Shown one piece after another: positions 38,273 to 48,017 of a stretch of DNA of 64,000 nt. Source of the stretch: Hormoscilla sp. (GTDB lineage Bacteria > Cyanobacteriota > Cyanobacteriia > Cyanobacteriales > Desertifilaceae). The stretch spans positions 16,151-80,150 of the forward strand of contig JBFRWI010000208.1 of NCBI GenBank assembly GCA_051439505.1, given 5' to 3'. The notes beneath the pieces were generated by a model. It made no database searches and was not told the origin of the DNA. It saw only the letters and a list, made by a program, of their open reading frames with translations. The translations under genes were made by a program, and so were the position numbers. How positions within the stretch are numbered: position 1 is the first letter of the stretch; each line of letters starts with the position of its first letter.

Positions 38273-38384
38273 GCTGGGTGAGTGCAGTCACAAGATCCCT
38301 AAGCTCGACTCAGTTCAACCGGTAGTTGCCCAAAGTAGCAGTCCGATCCTAAAGGGCAATCACTAGCATGGGGAAGCGGAATCT

Positions 38385-38750
38385 ATGGAACGTATAATCA
38401 AGAGTGGCACCGGTTGGCGCATCGGTAGAAATAGTGAAGCATCCGAACATCAGGGTTTATTGGGTGGCGATAACTGGGCCTGCGAACTGACTCAGGCGGA
38501 ATGGCAGGACTTTTGCCGGTTGCTGTCCGAACTGTCCGCAAGCATGAACCAGATGGCAGATATGCTGATGGAGTCCGAGAAAATCACCTGCGAAGCTCAA
38601 AGCGATTTACTCTGGATGGAGGTCTCTGGCTATCCTGATGCCTACAGTCTTCACTTTATCTTGCAGGCGGGACGCCGGTGCGAGGGAGAGTGGTCGCCGT
38701 CAGTGGTGCCAGATTTAATTCGAGAAATTCAGAAAATTAATGTTTTTTAA
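38385..38750 (+). CDS. DUF1818 family protein
   Basis: GTGWRIG, GG.NWACELT, SDLLWME and RRCEGEW. Confidence 0.85.
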   Translation: MERIIKSGTGWRIGRNSEASEHQGLLGGDNWACELTQAEWQDFCRLLSELSASMNQMADMLMESEKITCEAQSDLLWMEVSGYPDAYSLHFILQAGRRCEGEWSPSVVPDLIREIQKINVF

Positions 38751-38801
38751 TCGCGATCGCTCTTTAGGATGTGTTAGTATGTGTTAGGATGAGAAAGAGG
38801 T

Positions 38802-38875
38802 CGGGGCGTAGCGCAGCTTGGTAGCGCACCACTTTGGGGTAGTGGGGGTCGTGGGTTCAAATCCCGCCGCTCCGA
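38802..38875 (+). tRNA. tRNA-Pro(GGG)
   Basis: Cloverleaf from CGGGGCG to CGCTCCG-A; anticodon arm CCACT-TTGGGGT-AGTGG; T-loop GGTTCAAATCC; CCA not encoded. Confidence 0.97.
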
Positions 38876-38975
38876 TAGTCGTGTATAACCGGTGATTAAG
38901 TCCGCCGATCGCAAGATTGGCGGACTTTTTGGCGATCTGCTATAGTGCGATCGCATCACTGACCGCAAATTAGCT

Positions 38976-40760
38976 ATGCTCAATCGTTTCAAAAACGGCA
39001 CTCTGATCCTGGCCAGCATCATCTTGCTGTTGCTATCGGTTCTGCTGATTAATATCGGACATCAGGTACTGGTACTTACTCCCATGCAATCATCTCAACT
39101 CTTAACGGACCCGTTTCTGCAACTGCCGGCAGAGACTAGCGTGCGGGTAGTTTGGTTCACTGAGTTTCCAGGTGTTGACCACCGAGTGGCCTATGGTGAA
39201 GGGTTCTCGCGCACTGCCATTGCCAGCACCGTCAAGCTGAGTAGGGCCCGGGAAGACCAAAAATCCCGCGTGGGAAATCAAACTACCGAAGGTCAGATTT
39301 ACCAAAATACTACAGGGCGAAATATCTGGCGTCACGAAGCTGAGGTCGCCGGTTTGAAGAGGGGCACTAGAATTCCCTATCGCGTTACCAGCGTGCGGGC
39401 AAATGGCGAAGTTGTCCGGTCTCGGGTCTTTACCCTGGCCCCCCAACCCACACCGGGAATGCCGGTGAAGATTCTCCTGACCTCCGATCACCAACTCAAA
39501 CCCATGACCCCTGCTAATCTTCAGAAGGTAGTTGCAACTGTGGGGCGAGTAGACGCGGTGTTCTTCGCTGGCGACTTGGTTAATATTCCCGATCGGGCCT
39601 CGGAGTGGTTCGATGACAACCGAGGTAATGCTTTCTTTCCCTCTCTCCAGGGTCGCGCTAATTATTCCTTGGAGAAAAATGGGGTCGCTACTACTTATAC
39701 TGGGGGTGAGTTGATCCAACACGCACCTCTATTTCCCGCCATTGGCAACCATGAAGTGATGGGTCGCTTTGACAGTGATAGCAGTTTAAATGACCAGTAT
39801 AATGATAGCTATCCCCGCGCTGCTGCTGCCCAAATAGCCCAGGAATTAAATATTACAGTGAGTAAAGATTGGTTGCAAGATAATAGCTTTAATACCGATA
39901 GCTACGAAGAGATTTTTACCTTACCCCAGAATATTCCCGGCAGGGAGAAATACTACGCTGTCACCTTTGGGGACATTCGCTTGGTGGTGCCTTACATTAC
40001 TAATATGTGGCGTCCCCCCAGTCTGGGTAAGCATGCTAAGGGCAGGTTTCGCGAGTCCGATCGGGATTTGCAAAATCCCGTGAATTGGGGTTACGGACAG
40101 CATATCTTTGAACCGATAAAAAAGGGAAGTACCCAGTATAATTGGCTGAAACACGAACTGGAAAGTCCGGAGTTTCGGCAGGCGAAGTTAAAAATTGTTA
40201 TGTTTCATCACCCGCCCCATTCTCTGGGTGACAATGTCGTGCCTGCTTACACCGACCCCGTCCAGGCGATCGCGCGTGATGCTGCTGGCAATATCCAAGC
40301 CGTGCGTTACGAATATCCCAAGGAAGCAGATTACATTATCCGGGATGTCATGCCTCTGTTAGAATCATCTGGGGTGCAGTTAGTTTTATTCGGTCATTCC
40401 CATCTGTGGAATCGCTTTGTAAGTCCCAGCGGCATGCATTTCCTGGAAACTTCTAATGTTGGCAATAGTTACGGTGCTTCTTTTGGAGATAAACAGCGTT
40501 CTGTACCAGTTGGATATCGCGAGGAATATGTGGCGACGGGAGATCCTAATGGTTTAGAACCTCTCGTGCCAACTATTGCCCCCCTCAGAGGAGAAGATGG
40601 CCAGCTTTTGCCTTATATTGCTAGTAATGATATTACGGTTTTTAGCATTTTGGATACGGGGAAGCGGGTGGTGAGTAGCTATTACTTCGATACTCGCCAA
40701 CCTGACTCTGATGTGGTGAAGTTTGATGAATTTAGACTTGCTGCGAACGGCGAGCGCTAA
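38976..40760 (+). CDS. Exported metallophosphoesterase (purple acid phosphatase-like)
   Basis: SDHQ, AGDLV, GNHE, FHHPPH and GHSH motifs. Confidence 0.9.
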   Translation: MLNRFKNGTLILASIILLLLSVLLINIGHQVLVLTPMQSSQLLTDPFLQLPAETSVRVVWFTEFPGVDHRVAYGEGFSRTAIASTVKLSRAREDQKSRVGNQTTEGQIYQNTTGRNIWRHEAEVAGLKRGTRIPYRVTSVRANGEVVRSRVFTLAPQPTPGMPVKILLTSDHQLKPMTPANLQKVVATVGRVDAVFFAGDLVNIPDRASEWFDDNRGNAFFPSLQGRANYSLEKNGVATTYTGGELIQHAPLFPAIGNHEVMGRFDSDSSLNDQYNDSYPRAAAAQIAQELNITVSKDWLQDNSFNTDSYEEIFTLPQNIPGREKYYAVTFGDIRLVVPYITNMWRPPSLGKHAKGRFRESDRDLQNPVNWGYGQHIFEPIKKGSTQYNWLKHELESPEFRQAKLKIVMFHHPPHSLGDNVVPAYTDPVQAIARDAAGNIQAVRYEYPKEADYIIRDVMPLLESSGVQLVLFGHSHLWNRFVSPSGMHFLETSNVGNSYGASFGDKQRSVPVGYREEYVATGDPNGLEPLVPTIAPLRGEDGQLLPYIASNDITVFSILDTGKRVVSSYYFDTRQPDSDVVKFDEFRLAANGER

Positions 40761-40956
40761 AGGGGGTGCATCGGGTGCATCTCAAGGCACGGGCGAAGCA
40801 TTTGGATAGCACAGTTGTCAATTTATGACTTATATTGTCGCCCAAATGCTTCGCCCCTACAGATAGATTTGCTTGCGGTCAGATGCACCCTTTAGACTTG
40901 CTACGAACGGCGAGCGCTAAAGCGCTCACTACGAACGAATATAATGTGACAAACTT

Positions 40957-43272
40957 ATGCCTCCAGCGGTCATTATCTGTTTAGCTTATATTCTCGGCTT
41001 GCTATCTACGGCGAGTCCTTGGGGAGGGTATCCAGTCCTAGCTGTGGGAATGGTGGCAGCGGCGATCGGACGGCGATTCTGGCGCATGGGACCAAAACCT
41101 GGAATTTGGCTGGCAGCAGGACTGGTGGGATTGTTGGCAAGCTTCTATTTGCCAATGCGGGTACCCCAACCCCAGCCCCAGGATATCAGTCAGTTTGTCT
41201 TCACCCCGATGACAACTTCTGCAGAAAGACCGGTGGTGAAAATCGGGGGCAAGGTGGCCAGCAATCCCCGTCTGACCCGATCGGGACGGGCCCAATTTTG
41301 GCTTTTAGCCCGGGAATTCCACGAAATCAGCGGTTCCGTCCAACCCCTAGTGATGGGAAAAGAAGTGACAGGTAAGTTGTACGTAACCGTGCCACTTTTG
41401 CAAGCAACGGGTCTGCATCCAGGACGGACCGTAGAAGTAACGGGAATATTGTATAAACCCAAACCAGCAGCTAATCCTGGTGCCTTCGATTTTCAAGCTT
41501 ACCTGGCCCGCGAGGGCTCTTTTGCTGGCATGAATGGCGATCGGGTGACGGCGAGTGAGGCACCCGCATCTTGGGGATGGTGGCAGTTGCGACAGAGAAT
41601 TGTTCGCAGTCAAGTTCGCAGTTTGGGAGTTCCCGAAGGGATAGTTGTCAGTGCCATGGTCCTGGGACGGAAGGCCGTGGACTTGCCCTACGAGATCCGC
41701 GATCGCTTTATCAATGTCGGATTGGCCCACGTCCTGGCGGCCTCGGGCTTTCACGTTTCCCTACTGCTGTTTTTAGTCCTGACTCTGACCCGCCGCCTGT
41801 CGGTACAAGGACAGTTTGGCTTTGGGGTGGCTAGTTTAATTATCTATGTCGGTCTCACGGGTTTTCAACCTTCGGTGCTGCGAGCAGCGGTGATGGGGTT
41901 CGGGGCCTTATTAGCTTTGCTGACGGACCGGAAGGTTAAGCCCCTCGGTTCCCTGTTACTGGCCGCAGTTCTGTTGCTGTCCATCGAACCCCTGTGGATT
42001 TGGAATTTAGGCTTTCAGTTGAGTTTTTTGGCTACTTTAGGATTGGTAGTGACCGTGCCAGGACTTGTTAAACGCCTCGACTGGTTGCCACCCGCGATCG
42101 CTTCTCTGATCGCCGTGCCACTTGCTGCCTCAGTCTGGACATTGCCCCTACTACTCTATAGCTTTGGCTTGGTCTCTCCCTACAGCATCTTTGTTAACAT
42201 CATTACTACCCCACTCATTGGCGCGATCGCCATGGGTGGCTTCATCAGCGCCCTGGCTGCTTTAATTTGGCCTACCGCTGGCAGCGCGATCGCCTGGTTG
42301 CTGTATTACCCCACCCACTTGCTGATGCAACTGGTAGAGTTTTGCAGTCAATTACCTGGCAATTCCTTCGCTATTGGCAATATATCCCTATTGCAGCTAC
42401 TCCTACTCTACGGATTAATTGGCTTTGTGTGGCTGTTTGCCCCGAGAAAGAAAAACCAATTTATCGTGGGCACTGTCGCCATGGTTCTTGTCCTAATTAT
42501 CATTCCCGCTTGGCTAACCCAGACAACTATGTTTCGCGTCACCGTGTTGGCCACCTCGGGAAAGCCCGTCTTCGTGATTCAAGACCGAGGTGAAGTTACT
42601 CTCATTAACAGCGGTGACGAATCTACCGCTATCTATACTATTGTACCCTTTCTCCAACAGCAGGGAGTTAATCACATTGATTGGGCGATCGCCACCAGTC
42701 GCATCCGCAATCATCGTAGCGGCTGGTTTCAGCTTTTCCGCAAATTTCCCATTCCACAATTTTATGATATCTTACATTTAGATGCGGCAGCCAATCAAGT
42801 CGAATTTCGGGCCCTGCAAGAGATCGTAAGAGATCGTCGGGGCAGTTACCAGCCTTTGCCCCTGGAAAAAACCCTGCAAATTGGCTCCATATCTGTGAGA
42901 TTGATCAACTTTCAACCACAGATCTTTTCCCTGAAGATTCGCGATCGGACTTGGTTGATTTTAGGAGACATCAGACCTGCCGACCAAAATCTATTGTTGG
43001 CCGCTGGCAAGCTGCCGAAAGCAGAAGTTATTTGGTGGCCCGGCAGCAGCTTGAATAGCGATTTGCTTTCGGCTTTGCAGCCAGAAGTGGCGATCGCTTC
43101 CGCCGAAGCTATTGACGAAAACACCATCATTGAGTTGCTACGCAGCAATACCAAACCCTATAATACTGAGAAAAATGGAGCCATCCAATGGACGCCAGAA
43201 CAAGGTTTTCAAACAACTATTGATTTAGACATTACCTTTACGGATCCTGGTAAATTGCTAATGACAAATTAA
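40957..43272 (+). CDS. comEC: ComEC/Rec2 competence protein
   Basis: NPGAFDF, HVLAASGFHVS, PSVLRAAVM and GFQLSFLAT. Confidence 0.93.
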   Translation: MPPAVIICLAYILGLLSTASPWGGYPVLAVGMVAAAIGRRFWRMGPKPGIWLAAGLVGLLASFYLPMRVPQPQPQDISQFVFTPMTTSAERPVVKIGGKVASNPRLTRSGRAQFWLLAREFHEISGSVQPLVMGKEVTGKLYVTVPLLQATGLHPGRTVEVTGILYKPKPAANPGAFDFQAYLAREGSFAGMNGDRVTASEAPASWGWWQLRQRIVRSQVRSLGVPEGIVVSAMVLGRKAVDLPYEIRDRFINVGLAHVLAASGFHVSLLLFLVLTLTRRLSVQGQFGFGVASLIIYVGLTGFQPSVLRAAVMGFGALLALLTDRKVKPLGSLLLAAVLLLSIEPLWIWNLGFQLSFLATLGLVVTVPGLVKRLDWLPPAIASLIAVPLAASVWTLPLLLYSFGLVSPYSIFVNIITTPLIGAIAMGGFISALAALIWPTAGSAIAWLLYYPTHLLMQLVEFCSQLPGNSFAIGNISLLQLLLLYGLIGFVWLFAPRKKNQFIVGTVAMVLVLIIIPAWLTQTTMFRVTVLATSGKPVFVIQDRGEVTLINSGDESTAIYTIVPFLQQQGVNHIDWAIATSRIRNHRSGWFQLFRKFPIPQFYDILHLDAAANQVEFRALQEIVRDRRGSYQPLPLEKTLQIGSISVRLINFQPQIFSLKIRDRTWLILGDIRPADQNLLLAAGKLPKAEVIWWPGSSLNSDLLSALQPEVAIASAEAIDENTIIELLRSNTKPYNTEKNGAIQWTPEQGFQTTIDLDITFTDPGKLLMTN

Positions 43273-43431
43273 TGGCTAATGGCTAATGGCTAATGGCTAA
43301 TTGCTAATGGCTAATGGCTAATGGCTAATGGCGTGGGGGCATCTCAGATGCAAGCAAAGCCACGTCTTCATTCGCAAGGAAGCCTGACATCTGACCACCT
43401 TCCCATTGAAAAAACTAACATGCTCCTTATT

Positions 43432-43923
43432 TTAGATGATTTCAAATGTCACATTGTAGGTAGACAATAAATTACAACTATCGTAGTCATTGATATTCGT
43501 ATCGCTGAGTTCCAGGTTGTAAAAGTCGATCGACTCAGCAGCATCGAAAAGCGGTCCAGCGTGCCAACTGCCCAGATGTAACTTAATAAAACAATTCCCC
43601 GGAATCCGAAATGCGACAATATCCTCTACCGTAGGTTGGGCATCTGGAGTTGGGGGTGCTACCCCCATCAACCAATCGGTAGCTGCTATAGCACCCAGAC
43701 ATTGGGTACATTGGACATGGCGTACAATACGATGAAATCTCAGACCTCTTTGCCGCAGGCGCATGATGTAAAATCGCGGTATGCCCCGATCGAGTACCAA
43801 CTGGGCATCCTCTTCATCGTAAGGTTTTCCGTCTTCAGCGGCTGAGATTATCTGGCCGTAAGGTGCGAAATTCTCTTTTGTCGCCCACTTCGCTTGCAAT
43901 TGCACTAGCTTGGATTCACTCAT
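43432..43923 (-). CDS. Ureidoglycolate lyase-family protein
   Basis: ENFAPYGQ, RHVQCTQCLG, GSWHAGP and FYNLELSDTN. Confidence 0.85.
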   Translation of the reverse strand: MSESKLVQLQAKWATKENFAPYGQIISAAEDGKPYDEEDAQLVLDRGIPRFYIMRLRQRGLRFHRIVRHVQCTQCLGAIAATDWLMGVAPPTPDAQPTVEDIVAFRIPGNCFIKLHLGSWHAGPLFDAAESIDFYNLELSDTNINDYDSCNLLSTYNVTFEII

Positions 43924-44214
43924 AGCTCCCCTCTGTTATCTTTATGCTACTGATATTTGATAATATTATGTCCGCTTGCACCATTGTCGATAAGCCTCCT
44001 GGCCCGCCGTGGGTTAAAACCCTAAGGCTTTTAGCTTAAGTGGGTTAAAACCCACTGGAAGCATTGGGGTGCATCTCACCAAGGCGCTCCATCGTTCCCT
44101 GGCGGAGCCTCAAGAGCGAGCTATCGAGGCGGAGCCTCTAGTTGAGAATGGTGCAAGATATGAGTATAACCTAGTAAGCACGAAGAGTGCTGACGGAGAA
44201 CCTGACTGCACAAC

Positions 44215-44601
44215 ATGGATATTATAGCTACTCTCACACAAGATTACCAGAGATTTCCAGCGGACCAGACTTACAGCATCTATGCAGCAGATGTCTATTT
44301 CCAGGATCCCCTCAACCAATTCCGAGGTGTTGCACGATACAAACAAATGATCGGCTTCATCAGCACCTGGTTTACCAACGCTAAGATGGATCTACATGAT
44401 ATTTTCCTTGCAGATGACACCATTCACACTCGCTGGACTCTCAGCTGGAATACTCCCCTACCCTGGAAACCTCGCATCTCCATCTCTGGACGCAGCGAAC
44501 TACAGTTGAATCAGGCTGAATTGATTATATCCCATATTGATTACTGGGATTGTTCCCGACTGGACGTCCTCAAACAACATTTTTTCTCCAAAACCAGATA
44601 G
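44215..44601 (+). CDS. DUF2358 (NTF2/SnoaL-like) protein
   Basis: IYAADVYFQDP, TRWTLSW..PLPWKP and HIDYW. Confidence 0.85.
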   Translation: MDIIATLTQDYQRFPADQTYSIYAADVYFQDPLNQFRGVARYKQMIGFISTWFTNAKMDLHDIFLADDTIHTRWTLSWNTPLPWKPRISISGRSELQLNQAELIISHIDYWDCSRLDVLKQHFFSKTR

Positions 44602-44635
44602 AGTAAAGAAACCTCAATAAGCTAGGGCTAAACAT

Positions 44636-45808
44636 ATGCGTGTAATCTTGATGACCGGAAAAGGTGGGGTGGGTAAAACCTCTGTGGCAGCAGCTACAGG
44701 GTTGCGTTGTGCGGAAATTGGGTATAAAACATTGGTTCTCAGTACCGATCCCGCTCACTCCCTGGCAGATAGCTTTGATTTAGAATTGGGACATGAGGCG
44801 CGATCGGTCCGCCCCAACCTCTGGGGGGCAGAGTTGGACGCCCTGATGGAATTGGAAGGAAATTGGGGAGCTGTTAAGCGTTATATTACGGAAGTATTGC
44901 AAGCCCGGGGATTAGATGGGGTGCAAGCGGAAGAACTTGCTATTCTCCCGGGGATGGATGAAATCTTCGGACTCGTGCGCATGAAACGTCATTACGATGA
45001 AGGCAAGTATGATGTCCTGATTATTGATTCGGCACCCACGGGCACGGCCCTGCGACTCCTGAGTATCCCGGAAGTGGGTGGTTGGTATATGAGACGTTTT
45101 TACAAGCCCCTACAGGGTATGTCTGCTGCCCTGCGACCCCTGGTTGAACCGATCTTTAAACCGATCGCGGGTTTTTCTTTGCCTAATAATGAGGTGATGG
45201 ATGCTCCCTATGAATTCTACGAACAAATTGAGGATTTAGAAAAGGTCTTAACTGATAATACTCAGACATCGGTGCGCTTAGTCACTAACCCAGAAAAGAT
45301 GGTGATTAAAGAATCTTTACGGGCTCATGCCTACTTGAGTCTGTATAATGTGGCTACGGATATGGTGGTGGCTAATCGGATTATCCCCGATCAGGTGACA
45401 GACCCATTCTTCCAGCGCTGGAAGGAAAGTCAGCAGCAACACCGCCAGGAGATTCACGAAAATTTCCGTCCCTTGCCCGTGAAGGAAGTGCCCCTCTATT
45501 CTGAAGAGATGTGTGGCATGGAAGCTTTGCAAAGGTTGAAGGAAACCCTTTACGGTGATGAAGATCCGACTCAGGTATATTACAAGGAAAATACCATTAG
45601 AGTCGTGCAGGATAAGGGTAACTATAGTTTAGAACTGTACTTGCCCGGCGTGCCGAAAGAAAAAATTCAGTTAAATAAGACTGCCGATGAATTGAATATC
45701 CGCATTGGCAACCATCGTCGCAATTTGGTATTGCCTCAATCTTTGGCAGCTTTACAACCCGCTGGGGCTAAGATGGAAGATGATTATCTCAAGATTCGCT
45801 TTGCCTAA
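44636..45808 (+). CDS. ArsA/GET3-family ATPase with HSP20-like C-terminal domain
   Basis: [16 protein letters not shown] and DSAPTG. Confidence 0.93.
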   Translation: MRVILMTGKGGVGKTSVAAATGLRCAEIGYKTLVLSTDPAHSLADSFDLELGHEARSVRPNLWGAELDALMELEGNWGAVKRYITEVLQARGLDGVQAEELAILPGMDEIFGLVRMKRHYDEGKYDVLIIDSAPTGTALRLLSIPEVGGWYMRRFYKPLQGMSAALRPLVEPIFKPIAGFSLPNNEVMDAPYEFYEQIEDLEKVLTDNTQTSVRLVTNPEKMVIKESLRAHAYLSLYNVATDMVVANRIIPDQVTDPFFQRWKESQQQHRQEIHENFRPLPVKEVPLYSEEMCGMEALQRLKETLYGDEDPTQVYYKENTIRVVQDKGNYSLELYLPGVPKEKIQLNKTADELNIRIGNHRRNLVLPQSLAALQPAGAKMEDDYLKIRFA

Positions 45809-46450
45809 AGCTAGCGATCGGGGAAATAGGGGGTGTGGTCAAAACCCGTCGATCGTAGGGGGGCTTTTAAGCCCCCCCTTCCCAAAAGCTATGCTTTACT
45901 CACATATTTCTTTACAATCTGGAAAGCCTTATGGGGCAATGGTTTCGAGGTTTATATCAAGCTTTATTGTTGACTTTTTTGTCACTATATGCATTGAGAA
46001 ATTCGCTTGCGTTTATTGAGAATGAATCACGCCCCTTAGATTGGGGAAACACTTACTCGTTGTCAGCTTTGATAACATATGTCTTTATTTGACTCTTACT
46101 AAGTGATAAGCTGTCGCGCATTTAAATTGCTATGGCGGATCCGCCGACATCCCTGTTCTCAGGGCTTTTCCCAATAAAGAATTGCTGAATTTTGAATTTT
46201 GAATTGTTTAGTCCCCCCCTCTCCCCCTCCCTAACAAATGTGGGCGAAATATGTGAGTAATGGTAAGCTTCCCAAAAGGGGGGGTTTGGGGGGGATCGGA
46301 ACCAACAAATGCATGACCACACCCATGGGCCCCTCCCATGAGCGACTCTGACCGGTAGTAGGCAGATCCGGGGTGAGGGGGTATAAAAGGTAATCAACAT
46401 TGCGCCCCGGATAGACAATTATGACAAAAAGCCGCTCCCTCAAGGGAAAA

Positions 46451-46556
46451 GGTTCTGCTCTCATAGCGTCCAAGGATCTTCTCTCGGCGATCGAAGGATC
46501 TTCTCTCGGCGAGAAAAGGATCTTCTCTCATAGCGTCCAAGGATCTTTTCTCATCA
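46451..46556. repeat. Imperfect 21-24-nt tandem repeats with AAGGATCTTCTCTC core
   Basis: Core visible about four times with short, partly repeated linkers. Confidence 0.7.
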
Positions 46557-46732
46557 GGAACTCATAAGGGAAAAGCGTTCCCCGCCAATACAAGTAATGC
46601 ATGACCACCATGACCACACCCGTCTATTCCGGGTGTGGTCATGCAGAGAGTTGGATCCGATCCCCCTCCCAGTCGCCGGATCCCCCCAAACCCCGGATCC
46701 CCCCTAACCCCCCTTAGAAAGGGGGGGACCGC

Positions 46733-47563
46733 TTAAAAAGGGGGGCGCACCGGTTGCCCCCCCTTTCGCAAGGGGGGGTTTGGGGGGGATCCCGCTGCAA
46801 CAAATGCATGACCACACCCGTTGTAGGGTTGTCCGAGATAAACTTCGATCACCTGGGGGTCATTTTGCACCTCCTCAATGCTACCCTCGCACAATACTGC
46901 ACCTTGATGTAACACCGTCACCTGGCGGGCAATTTTGCGGACAAATTCCATATCATGTTCGATGACAATAATGGAATGACTTTCGGCTAAATTCAACAGC
47001 AGATTTCCCGTTTGTTCCGTTTCCTCATCAGTTAACCCCGCAACGGGTTCGTCAACTAGCAGCAAGTCCGGTGACTGTGCCACTAACATGCCTATTTCTA
47101 ACCTTTGCTTTTCCCCGTGAGAAAGCAATTCTGCTTTCATTTCCGCTTTGGCAGTTAGCCCAATAGTTTTCAGCAGGTTTTTAACAGTCTTTCGTTCTGC
47201 GAAGGATGTCGGTTTGAACAGAGTCGCAAAAACATTTTGATTGCGGTTACAGGAGAGGTCGAGATTTTCTCTGACTGTCAAGTTCAGGTAAACTCTCGGG
47301 GTCTGAAACTTGCGACCTATTCCCAAGCGGGCTATTTGATGTTCCGATAAGCGTCGGGTATTTCGGCCCTTAAATAGCACCCGTCCTGTTGTTGGTTGCA
47401 CCTTCCCAGTTATCACATCGAGAAAAGTGGTTTTTCCCGCACCATTGGGACCGATGATGACTCGCAGTTCCCCCGTATCCATGCTAAAGTTGAGTTTGTT
47501 CAGGGCCTGAAAACCATCAAAGCTAACTGTGAGGTTCTCGATTTCTAATATTTTACTATTCAT
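46733..47563 (-). CDS. urtD: Urea ABC transporter ATP-binding protein UrtD
   Basis: GPNGAGKTT, GIGRKFQTP, LSHGEKQRLEIGM and DEPVAGL. The C-terminal ~30 aa are repeat-derived. Confidence 0.9.
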   Translation of the reverse strand: MNSKILEIENLTVSFDGFQALNKLNFSMDTGELRVIIGPNGAGKTTFLDVITGKVQPTTGRVLFKGRNTRRLSEHQIARLGIGRKFQTPRVYLNLTVRENLDLSCNRNQNVFATLFKPTSFAERKTVKNLLKTIGLTAKAEMKAELLSHGEKQRLEIGMLVAQSPDLLLVDEPVAGLTDEETEQTGNLLLNLAESHSIIVIEHDMEFVRKIARQVTVLHQGAVLCEGSIEEVQNDPQVIEVYLGQPYNGCGHAFVAAGSPPNPPLRKGGQPVRPPF

Positions 47564-48017
47564 GGGAGATTTGCTGATTGCAGAGGACGAAGTGCGCCTA
47601 GCGCTATTCCTGACCTAATGCGATCGCGTTATACTTGGATAAACCATTTGCGGCCTTGCACAGGGATGATGGTGATATATTTTACCTTTTTGCTAATTGC
47701 TAATTGCTAATTGCTAATTGCTCTCTGGACAAAAAGTGAGATCTTTCGACATATCACTGGCAATAATTAATCGTCAACAACCCGTATCATCCCATAATTG
47801 TGCAACCCCTACTAAAGGCGTTGCACAACGACGGGATGATACGGGATGTAATGGGTTGAAAATTGAAAATTGTGAATGGTCAATTGAAATAGTTATGATA
47901 GTCGATGAATAGACAAATGACTCTTATTCAATTTTCAATTTTCCTCGTTAAGAGGCTCCCGCCTGGGAACGGCAATTTGCAACCATTGACTGCTATCATC
48001 CCCTGTGCAACGCCATA

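Noticed and set aside
38802..38875. tRNA-Pro as an island or prophage attachment site
   Set aside because: No integrase and no duplicated tRNA 3' end seen in the window.
39102..39722. 206-aa antisense ORF and the many other ORFs overlapping assigned genes
   Set aside because: Shadow frames of well-supported genes, with no motifs of their own.
43432..43923. Split DsyGD-type DMSP pathway (ureidoglycolate-lyase-like domain plus the methyltransferases)
   Set aside because: The gene is 31 kb from the methyltransferases and looks like the ordinary cyanobacterial family member; no linkage evidence.
46451..46556. Possible mini-CRISPR or iteron array
   Set aside because: Linkers are only 7-10 nt and themselves repeated; no rep or cas gene nearby.
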